Shown here: positions 10,852 through 21,964 of the stretch, piece after piece
Position numbering within the stretch: position 1 is the first letter of the stretch
Layout: each line of letters opens with the position of its first letter
From: Syncephalis fuscata S228
Taxonomy: Eukaryota > Fungi > Zoopagomycota
Assembly (NCBI GenBank): GCA_025786725.1
Contig: JAHLTZ010000043.1
Coordinates: 108,966 to 172,965, forward strand
Reading direction: 5' to 3'
Length of the DNA stretch: 64,000 bases
Notes under the pieces: model-generated
The model's input: the letters and a program-made list of their open reading frames with translations, nothing else
Database searches by the model: none
Told to the model about the DNA's origin: nothing
Translations under genes and position numbers: made by a program

Positions 10852-13467
10852 CTACGCGACTACTTGGAATGTACTAGAAGTTCCGTTGTGTGAAATGATA
10901 TTTTGAACAATTGTGCGGTGGTGTCCAAAGTGTTGAATCCGATAGGTGCCCGCTATAACAAATAGATCAGCATTAATATACTTTCATATATTTAGTTAGT
11001 TCGTTATACTTACGTTGAGTATCGGCCTCGATATCCCATTCAATAACTGCTTTATTTTCTCCCAAACCGTTCACCTTGACCCAGTTGTAACGAGTGCTCC
11101 AATGGCCATCGTCACGAACACGTTTCCAGGCCTTGGTGGCTGGATCTTGTCGCTCAACGGAAATGTATGATTCTTCCAAGAGCAGATTGTTGCGTGGATG
11201 GCCAGTCCAGAAGGTAACGCTCACAGTGTTGCCACGATTATACGACGGCTTTACATCGACGTTAACATCACCAAAAGACTTCCCAATGGGGTGTGAATCA
11301 AGCACTACACCGGTTTGCAAAGTGATAAACTTGCTGGAAAAGTCCTGCGGGGCAGAAGCAGAGATGATACGAGTATTGCCGGCCATGGCCTGTACCAGTT
11401 TGACAGCATTTTGGATGTAGGCTGGCAGCGAACCTGGTCCAAAAATAGTTGAAGCGGCTTCATAGCGCTGTGCAACATATTCTTCGGGTGTGGTGGTATA
11501 GCTAGCATAGGTGTTTGATGGGCCGGACACGATAACCGTGGCATCTTCACCGACCAGACCTTGAGCAATGGCAGCTTGTTTAATTGCTTCACGCATACGA
11601 CGGCCAGACATGGTGGTGAATTCGGCTGGCACGCCTACAATGAATACTTGACCAATACGAAATACTTGTAGCTCGACAATGGTAGGTTGCCACTCATAAG
11701 GGAAGTGTGTTTCGCCAGTGTTTAATAGAATTGGTTTTGGATATTGACAGGCTACTTGTGCCTTGGATGGGCTCTTTGTAATAATAGAACCGGCAAGGTT
11801 CCAAAGTGGATTTGATGTGTTTTGACCTTGATAGAAATCAAATTGGCCGGGACCTGTAAACGACAAGAATAATAGTTACATGATTAGATGGTGTCGACAA
11901 AAACATATAAGAAATGTAAATTACCATCTGTAGTACCGGCAGCCATCGCATAGCCCATAGCGGGTGGACAAGTGTGGCCAGCTGTGCCGTTTGCATAGGT
12001 AAATGCCATATTGGACATATCGATGTACATATGCTGGAAATCAACAGCGCCTGATAATACCTTTTGAGGTTTACCTTCATACAGTTCACGTGCCTTGCTG
12101 AACTGGCGATCGCCAATAATAGCGTTGCTGGCAAAATCGCCTTGTTTCCATCCAGGACCACTATTAGTTGTCTCTTTATTAGTAATGATAAATAAATGGT
12201 AAATACACCTACCGAGCCACGCATAATTCGTTCTTTCCATTGCATGTGCTACGCTGATAGTCACAAGGAAGGCCAGTGTCCATACACTTTGCTCCTTCAG
12301 TGTTGGGGGAAACATCGCCATGTTTGTTTGACTGAATGCAGCCACAAAGCCAGTTGGCAAGCCTGTTGCGCTTTCTGGTGGATTCATTGCTTGTTCAAAT
12401 TTAATAGCGGCATAACTATACGATAAATGCACGTTAGATGCAATAATTCCATGTGATTTAGCTTATTTTTGTCTTATTTACCCTTTGTTATCACCGGTAA
12501 CTAGGGTGTTTGTGTTGTTCATGCTTGTGCCATGTGTGGCAAACCAGTTAACTTGGCCAATGCCTTTGCCCGATGCATCGTTGAATCGCAGCAATGTCAT
12601 ATCTTTATCGGTATTGTACTGGTAGCGAGCTCGTTCCTCGGCCGGATTGCGTTCGTAAGAAGAAGGCGACCGATTAATACTGGCATCAAGCAGCTCACCG
12701 ACGTGGACTGAAACGCTTCCTGGCTGTAAACCTTTATGAGCACGTTCAATTGACAGTACAATGCCGGAAACAAGAGCCTCAGCGGACTGGTTGACCCAAC
12801 CGAGTGCGGTTAAGTCGTAAAGGAGATAGCCGAGCCAACCTGCCGGTCCAGAGTGACTGTGTGTACCGGTAATCATCACGTTCTTTTGTGTGTAAAGGTC
12901 GGCACCAAACTTTTCTTCAAGACGCTTGATGACTCGCTGGCGTACAAACTGCGACATCATAGCCGTGTCGGTCGTAATATGTACAACACGTTTATTAGAG
13001 GCCGTATCATGTACAATAAATGCACGCGAATAGATACGCTGACGAAGCCCAGTGCCTTTCTGTTTAATGTTGGCATAGCCCATGAAGTTGACCTCGGCTG
13101 ATTGGCACGGCAGAGGCGTAAAAAAATAAGTTTGACGGTAAGTCATGCACGCATATTAGTGAATGCACACTATTTCATATGTTGTATAACCTACCAATAG
13201 GCCTATCGTGTCGAATGAGATGCGTGCGCAAGGTAAAAAAGCCATCAGTATCCGGTTGTTATTCCGCTCTATATTCTGATACTTACCCCGTAATATCAGC
13301 AATACCCGCACCAACCTGAGTAAATTAAATTGATTAGTTTTGATTAATTAAATAAAACACACAGCAGTATAACCTACATTGTAGCTTGCATTGACGGCCA
13401 CGGCAGCAGACACAAGCGTTAATGCTAAGCAAGCCAAGCTTGCGTGTGAGAAAGAGCCAAATATCAT
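10852..13467 (-). CDS. Neutral/alkaline ceramidase, secreted, multi-exon
   Basis: Signal peptide; VGAGIADITGP, FMGYA, GTHSHSGP, WFATHGTSMNNTNTLVTGDNKG, AAGTTDG, PAEFTTMSGRR, YEAAST. Probable assembly frameshift near 12318. Confidence 0.93.
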
Positions 13468-14232
13468 GGCTAAATAACTTGGCGATAAATAGTAAAGCTT
13501 TAAAGTTCGGTTGCTCAAAAGTTGTTGTTTGGGCGTTAAGAACTGGCTATAGTTGTGATAATATTCGTAGCGTAGTAACTATTGTGATGGAGCTACGGTA
13601 AACGTAAATATAAAAGAAAAACAGAGCGTAAATAGAGGATAGCAAGAAAACGTAGAATAGTACAAAGCATGGCAAGATGATGTGTGTGCAAACCAGACTG
13701 TTTTATAGTAAATGTGGAGTAGGGATACACAGAACGTGGTCCTACACTGTACTGGTTTGAACAAGCCAAGTGAGTAAAAAAGAATTGGCCTGTATTTTGA
13801 TATGGCCTGTTTTTTAAAAAATTAGATTAATGAGCAAAATAAACTGGAAAAAAAGAGATTTGTTTATTTATTTATATATATATATGTGGTACTAAACTGA
13901 TAGATACTAAAACGAATAAATGGAATATAAAATAGTTTTATTGGCTATGCATACGTATATCATATATGAGTGTGTGTTACTATGACTAGTTAAATTATTA
14001 AACAACTCATGCAATTTCACTACACTCTTAATATGTGTTACCTTTGTTTGCTAGTTTTTGGATAAACTGTCAATATTATACAAGTAGATGCCATTGAATG
14101 GACAGTGTTGTATTCAGCGCGAGTTGTTTTCACACTATTACAGCTACAGCAACAACACCAACACCAACTATCGCTACTACTAACAACATCACATTTTCAT
14201 CTGTCACTCTATACGAGATTATTGCACAAACG

Positions 14233-14621
14233 ATGGCCGATAGTAACCCACGCAGGATTCCAGTACCTGAACCAGCCAACGATGATTTGCATCCTCGTAT
14301 GAGTGCCTCACGAGAGGACATGAAGAAAAATCGAGTTCCCCTGGAGTGGCGCGATTATTGTGCCCATAAACTGATTCCGCTTAACAATTGTCGCTACGAA
14401 ACGTGTTTTATGCCATGGAAGTGCGAGGAAGAGCGACATGCATATGAAAAGTGCCAATACGATGAGTAAGTAGATTTGTTACATTCAGTACTTGTCGCTT
14501 CAATACAAGAGCTAATAGATGTATATGTATCTATGTATTATAATTGTTATTTATTAGTTATAAGCGACGCATGAGACTAGCAACAAAGATACGCGAGGAA
14601 CAGAAACACGAAACAGCGTAA
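14233..14621 (+). CDS. NDUFB7: NADH:ubiquinone oxidoreductase B18 subunit
   Basis: RVPLEWRDYCAHKLIPLNNCR...PWKCEEERHAYEKCQYD twin CX9C pattern; one intron ~14466-14557. Confidence 0.92.
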
Positions 14622-14789
14622 TAATGCTGGTCAGATAATCGTGATTGCATATAAATATACCAAGTAATTGGTAATAGCAATGATGATAATGATAGTGATT
14701 ATTGATTATTAAACAAATGTTATTTGGTTCTTGTTAGAATTAGATTATTAGTATTATGTCTGTTAGTAGTAGTATTATGTTTATTAATA

Positions 14790-14840
14790 TGTAATTAATA
14801 TTGAATTAATATTGAATTAATATTGAATTCATATTGAAAG
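14790..14840. repeat. Tandem 11-bp repeat (ATTGAATTAAT) x~4 upstream of eEFSec
   Basis: aatattgaatt repeated directly at 14797-14838. Confidence 0.6.
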
Positions 14841-14934
14841 AGTCGACAATAAATGATATCGACCATTTGTTATTATTGTCATTATTATTATTTAATCCAA
14901 TAGTCTTTTCACCTTTTACATTAGTTACTTACTA

Positions 14935-17268
14935 ATGGCGTCTTTGTCGTCAGTCAATATTAGTATTGGCATACTTGGTCATGTAGACAGTGGCAAGACT
15001 ACACTGGGTAGGACGTTATAGTAATAGCTAGTACGACTGTTGAAGTTAACGTGTAATAACAAGAATAGCCAAACAGTTAAGTAGTATTGCTTCAACGGCG
15101 GCATTCGACAAGAACCCACAAAGCCAAGCCCGAGGAATTACACTCGACTTGGGCTTCTCTGGCTATTATACACCAGCACCTAGTCATTGGAGAGGTGAAT
15201 AGTTAATGAATATGGCTATTATGTTGAAAGGCTATTTAACAACGACCATAGAACGTGGTATCGATGTGGACCAAATACTTGTAACCTTAGTTGACTGTCC
15301 AGGTCATGCATCACTTGTACGCACAGTCATTGGCGGTAACTATTAATATATAAACATAAACATAATAACCATAATGAATAAGTGTATTTTAGGGATACAA
15401 ATTATTGATGTAACACTTTTAGTTATAGATATTACTAAAGGAATTCAAACACAAACCGCTGAAGTAAAAAAATATTATTATTTGTATTTAATATATAATA
15501 ATAATACGATTATTAGTGTTTAGTGTTAGCACAGATTATTAAACGGCCTATGGTAATTGCATTAAACAAAATTGATTTATTACCTGAAAGTATTCGATCT
15601 GCGAAAATAACCAAAGTAATGAATAATTTACTTAATAAAATAAATATTAATTAATTTTATAATATAGATATCACAAGCTATAACAAAGGCTATTCTTCCA
15701 TTGGGATTTCGTAATATTCCAATTATTCCAATATCAGCTCAAACTACCTCTAATACTAGTGCTACTGCTACTGCTAATAGTGACGGTAATACAGCTACAA
15801 GTGGTATTGATGAACTTGTACACGTACTGTGCTCAGTATTTCCAATACCAGCACCAATTGATCCACACCGTCCATTTCTATTTGCCGTTGATCATTGTTT
15901 TGCACTAAAGGGAAAAGGGACTATTATGACGGGTACAGTATTGGATGGTACAGTAACTATTGGTGATGTGAGTATTTAACCGGAATAGCTAGTTAGACTG
16001 TAATATAATAAATGTAATAGAATGTGGAAATTGCCTTGGGTCACGAGAGAAAGGTCAAAAGTATGCAACAATTTAGACAGCCCATTTCTACAGCCCATAA
16101 AGTAATTACTCTGTTAATTAGTAAATCGATAGATAGGTGATCATAGACTAATATGTAGTATAGGGCAACCGTATTGGTATTTGTGTTAAGCAACTTGATC
16201 CTGATATATTAGAGCGAGGATTAGTTGCCACACCTGGTACAGTGCAACTTGCCTATGCAGCCATCATCGATGCTTATAGAATTCAGTTCTATAAAGGATT
16301 CTGTCTATCTCGTAGTAAATTTCATGGTAAATACAAGTATATATATATATGGAAATCTAATAGCTGTAATAGTTACTGTAGGATATGAAACTGCCACTGC
16401 CACTGTTACGTTCTTCTCTAGTAAAAGTCATAATGGTAATTAGAATGTAGTAATTGAGCATTTTTATAATCTAACTGTTTATTAGGTGAATTTCAATTAA
16501 ATGAGCTCTATTTATTTGAATCATCGCTTGAACCATCCGATAATGAAGAACAAGTAACAACAAGCAATTACTGGGCCTTACTAGAGTTTGATAAGCCAAT
16601 TCAGTGTGTATCCAATGCACTGACTATTGTATCTCGACTTGATACAGATATTCGTATCCTTTAACCAGTACTAGTACAAATACCATCAATAATAACATTC
16701 TTAATAATGTAGATACTAAACAATGCCGTATGGTATTACACGGTTATTTGCAGTTAATTATCAAAGATGCACAATATAAAACAACTGTTTTACCTCAACT
16801 ACGTATTTATAAAGAACGTACACGCACAGCAATCATTGATCGGGTAATTATTTAGCAATATGTATAACTGGCACTATATTCACTGTTACTACTATCAGAT
16901 TATTGATGATTATACATTAATTGGACGGGGTCTTGTGAAGAAAGAAGGTAGTTTAGATAAATTTATTGGATTAATCGTAAAACTGGGTCGATTAGGTAAA
17001 TAACCATCAACTAACTTTTATTACTAATAATTGATACTATTTGTTTATAGATAATGAGGTGATGGGTAAAATTGAATCCACTTTTGGTACAAGTGGCAAG
17101 TTCAGAATTACTACTACAGATAAAATACCTGTTACATTACGTCAATCATTATCACGTCGATCTCCGGCAACTACTGTAGTTAATGGTGCATCTCGTGCTG
17201 AAGAACAATCAATTCGATTACAATTCAAGAAACTACTATATGATCCTCAAAAACATATTATTCAATAG
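14935..17268 (+). CDS. EEFSEC: Selenocysteine-specific translation elongation factor eEFSec (SelB), 13 exons, ~557 aa, intact
   Basis: Exons 14935-15007, 15069-15194, 15252-15335, 15393-15463, 15517-15615, 15668-15967, 16021-16101, 16164-16326, 16373-16435, 16486-16653, 16713-16843, 16899-16995, 17051-17268 join without stops. Diagnostic motifs: GILGHVDSGKT, ASTAAFDKNPQSQARGITLDLGFS, LVDCPGHASLVRTVIGG, KGIQTQTAEC, FAVDHCF, KVKSMQ, GNRIGICV...LERG, SRLDTDIH..QCR, GKIESTFGTSGKFRI, FKKLLYDP. Confidence 0.95.
16654..16712 (+). other. U12-type (minor spliceosome) GT-AG intron in eEFSec
   Basis: Donor GTATCCTTT, branch-like TTCTTAAT close to the 3' AG, phase 1. Confidence 0.7.
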
Positions 17269-17334
17269 TAAAATAATGATTGATCGATTGATTAATTGAT
17301 TGGTTGATATATAGCCATATATTAAGATATTTAT

Positions 17335-19485
17335 TTATGCTTGTCCGTAGTGTCGCATACGATATAGTAGAGTACGTCCTTTATCATTACCAATGGCCAA
17401 ATAGCCTGTATGAGGTGAGAAATCCACCGATTGTACATGGCTTAATGGTGTACCAGGTGTGGGCCAATTACTAAATACTGATAATGAAGAAGTGTGTATC
17501 TATATCATATAAATGCATTAGTACAAATAATTAATTAATCCATGAGTCTATTTACAACCTACCATACGTAGTTGGTCCTTTTTACTTTTACTAAACATAC
17601 ACAGTAATTGTGCATCTGATGAGAATTCAAGACCATGTACCGGTGTCGTTAGATTGCCCATTGTTTTTAAAGGTTTTGGCTGTAGTTGATCAAGACAGGA
17701 TTGATCATAAATATTGACCATACCAGAATGTGATCTGTTAATAGCATTGATTAGTTACCAGTTAACTCATTAATTGATTAATATTTACCCAATGGCCAAG
17801 TAGCGATCATGAGATGATACGGCTAAACAGGTGGGTGCATAGCCACCGTCATCGTGAAAGCGATGTACACAGCCAAGTGTTTCAATATCCCATCGATAGA
17901 CTTCAGACTCGGTACTTAACACGTAAAGATGGTGTCCATCCATGGACCACGCCATATCAACGACGGCCTTATTAACACGGATATCGCCGATCCACCGTCT
18001 AGTCTCCAGCGATACAATATCAATAATACCACCCTTGGCCATAAAAGCAATCCAACTATAAAGTACATTAGTTATATTCATTAGTGCTAACTGTTACCAA
18101 TTACCGGTCATCAGGCGAAATGCTAAAGTGATCAGCCAGCAGTGGAACTGCAGACGTACGAGGCCTCAATTGTGGTACACGAGATATTTGACCGCTTTCT
18201 ACATCATAGATATAAAAGTAGGTTCGTCGACCTGTAACAACAATATAACGACCCGTATGATCAAATTTGGCACAACTAATACGTAAATCTTTAAATAGAA
18301 CCGATTGAATTTTTTCATTACGTTTTCCATCTATCTATAAATTGATATTAATTATTATTATTATTAATGATTGTCTGTATTTACCTGGTATAAACGTAAT
18401 GTTTTATCAGAACCGGCAATAAGCATAACTTGCCCATTAGGATGAAAATCAACTGCTACCATTGATACCTACTCATTATAGTACAATTAACATTGCTATT
18501 AACATCATTAATAGTCATTAGCATACGTACTTTGTTATTAGATGGTTGGCTAACATCTTTAACACGTTCAACATCCAATCGACCAGATGGCAAATGAACT
18601 CGTGTTTTACTTAATAGACTTGCTGATTGAGCAAGTAGACTTGAAAGGCCTTGTTGTTCATCATCACTATCTACAATAGTGTTACCATCTTCATCTTTAT
18701 TTGATATACCGGCCTGTTCACTTGTTCGTTCTGATGCCGTCAATGCCCATGTTGGTTTAGGATTCAACTGTTGGAATCTAAATATTATTAGTAGCGTTAA
18801 TATTAATATAATATTAATATTGATATAGAGTCGAGTAAATTGCATTACCGTTGACGTAAACGACGTTGATATTCATCACCCTTCACTTCTGTTTCTGTTT
18901 CAGTAACACGTAATTTACGAAGACGATTACGGTTGATTAAAGATACGATCATTTTCTCGTCATCTTCATCTTCCCAAGCTGCTTTTACACCTGTCTCATT
19001 TAAAGCAATATCTATTATATTATATTATATTATATTAATATATATCTATATAATAGCATTATTAGTTATAATTACCTGCATATCAATTGATTCAGTTTCT
19101 GATACTTCATCATCAATAGATTCTAATGTAGATTCTTTAATAGCTGATGGGTCTACATCGACCATAAAATCCTATATGCCATAAATGCTCGTTTAATCTA
19201 TGGCTTATACTATTCAATATTGATATTACTAACCATATGAGCATCATTATCGCCAGTATCTATTGAAAAGGCAAATGCATCCTGTTCTTCAGTTGGGGAG
19301 CCGAGATCTGCCTCCACTGTAAAGTCGTCAGTATTATGTACTGATTCATGTCCCATATAATTCAACACATCATAGTCGTCCAGGTCAGCTCCAAATACTA
19401 AAGCTTCCAAATCAACTTCTTTTTGGCTCTTCTTCACCCGTTTAGGCTGCTGGTCCTGGCCCACCTGAACACGCTTAGGCGGCAT
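17335..19485 (-). CDS. UTP18: U3 snoRNA-associated protein 18 (WD40)
   Basis: N-terminal LEALVFG, AWEDEDD, P.WA, WD repeats, FHDDGG, C-terminal RMIHTSSLSVFSNWPTPGTPL...GYLAIGNDKGRTLLYRMRHY. Confidence 0.9.
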
Positions 19486-19729
19486 AGTAATAGGAGTAGC
19501 GTAGTAGTGTGTGTGTGTGTGGTGCGTTAAGTGCGGCAAGAAGTGTGCAAAGAATACTTCTATATTTTTTAAAGAAAATACTAAAAAAAGAAAGAAAAAT
19601 AATTCATATTTGCTTTATGTTTAAAAGCAGATATTATTAGACATTAGCGTGTCTTTTTATTATTACGAGGTACACAAGTGGTGTTGTTGAGTATTAAGTA
19701 GTTGATTCTGAATCTATTGTTTGTTGAAT

Positions 19730-21001
19730 ATGAATTTTACTAGTCGAACACGGACAGTAGTGCATACTGCAACGAGCGGACTATTCGCTGTAAGTAGTAA
19801 CAGTGGTGGTGACATGCCTATATGCATATAATAGGCTCACTATTAATATGTATATATTATAGAGAGTGGCCACACCAACCCTTCGATCTTATGCAACGGC
19901 TACTAAAAAGAAGGCAAAAACGCTAAAGCAAATAAAAGCTGAAGCTGATGCAGTACAAGTACCAAAAGCAGCTCAGATCCTACGAGTAAGTACAACAATG
20001 CTTTGACTGATCTATAAAGCAATCTATATAAATTAGGATACAATTAACGATATATTGTAGGCATTAGGTACTGGTTATCCTGAGCATCAAGTGGAACTGC
20101 ATATAAAATGCGCTACTGATAAACATAACCCAATGGTACGCGGTAATGTTGTATTGCCAAAGGGAATTAAGCAAGAAGCGACGATTTTAGTATTTGCTGA
20201 GGTAATATAAAATATAAATATAAAATATATACTTGGAATATATTGATGAAATAATCAATTGTTATTAGGGAAAAGCAGCTGAAGATGCTAGAAATGCTGG
20301 TGCAGCCATTGTGGTGGTGTAGAACTTATTACAAGAGTAAGTATTGTATTATATGTATTATATGTATTACATGTACTATTTATAACACTATTAATAAATA
20401 GGTACAAGCGGGTGAATTCAAATTTGATAAATGTTTATGTACAGTGGCCATGTTACCGGCAGTTGCTAAAATTGCTCGGTATCTTGGTCCAAAAGGGCTA
20501 ATGCCATCCGTCAAGAAGGGTATATTAATAGAATTCAGATTAATAACAACATGTTTATTGATGTGTGTTTATTAGGTACCGCCACCGATGATATTACAAG
20601 TGTAGTTATGGCTTCCAAATCGTCATTTGACTACCGATCCGACAAACATGGTGTCATTCATACAGGCATTGGACGGGTGAGGGGAAACTATTTATTTGTT
20701 ATTAATAGCTAACATGTTTTTACTTATTTATTAGTTAAATTTCAGTGATCAAGAAATCGAAGGTAATAGTTGTAATTGATGGATTAATCTACATTCGCTT
20801 ATTATTAATGGTTATTTAGCTAATATTAAAGAACTATTACGGGATATTAAACAGAATGCACCAGCGGGTAAAAAAGGTATTATTTAATAGTTAATGTTTA
20901 CCATTTATATTAATCTATGTTAATCTGTAGCGTTTATTGAACAAATTCATATTTCATCGACACGTGGACCTGGTTTATTGTTGAAAGATGCTATTGAATA
21001 A
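19730..21001 (+). CDS. MRPL1: Mitochondrial ribosomal protein uL1m, multi-exon
   Basis: Mitochondrial presequence-like start; VRGNVVLPKG, ILVFAEG, ARYLGPKGLMPSVKKG, IHTGIGR, ISSTRGPG. One probable assembly frameshift near 20311. Confidence 0.88.
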
Positions 21002-21027
21002 ATAATCGACTATTTTATTATGACTAA

Positions 21028-21040
21028 TATACATACATAT

Positions 21041-21075
<35 letters not shown>
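21028..21075. repeat. (TACATA)n microsatellite
   Basis: Direct tandem TACATA units downstream of MRPL1. Confidence 0.75.
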
Positions 21076-21076
<1 letters not shown>

Positions 21077-21964
21077 ATGTATACTGTAGGTACTTTTATT
21101 GACCCTTGTTAGTACGTTGCATATAGGCCAAACCGGTTACACGACGCATTAACAGTCTCATGATCCTATCTTTCCTTTACATTCTTAGTTCACCATCATG
21201 TGTTTTTTGTTTTGTCGTCTTTAAAAGTAATGCTCAAAGGTTGCGGGTATAGATCACGTTATCGGCATTAGTTTCTTATTGCACCAATGAATAACAAGTG
21301 GAGGTATGTCTATTGGTCATACCAACTAATCCATGGATGAGATGGCAGTAAAATCGACTAGTCTACAGCATGGCATGAAAGGAAGGCAGATCTATTATTA
21401 TGACCTGTTAGATAGTTGTACAAATGGGACCAGTCATTTCTTTTTTAGTGGTAGTTCATTCATCCACATACATACACACAAATACCCTCATACAAATACA
21501 TACAAATACAAAAACAGTTGTCCATATCTATCTATCTACAGACAACACACACACACACACACAAATCCATACAAATCCATACAAATATATTTTTGGTGAC
21601 GCCGCCATCGTTATCAAAAGTTGACCTTCCCTTCTTTTTTTTGTATGCCATCACAGCACAGCACACCAACACCACGGTCATCATTGGTTTGTTTACTTTC
21701 GCTAGTGCCATTTATTCTATCTGTCAGTGGTTTGCTTGCTTGTTGTCGTACTCTCGTACGTCTTTCAACCTAGTGTTTGTGACTGTGCGCGCGTACGGGC
21801 AAGTCTCTATGTGCATATAGTGATTAGACGTGCATGTCTTTACTCTAGTGTGCTATTTATTCATCTACGTGGCTGTCAACTTTTTTATTCATCTTCTACA
21901 ACTATTAGTCGTCTGTTTATTCATCTAGAGGCCTGGCCTACGTGGCGTGCCAATAACTGTCAAT

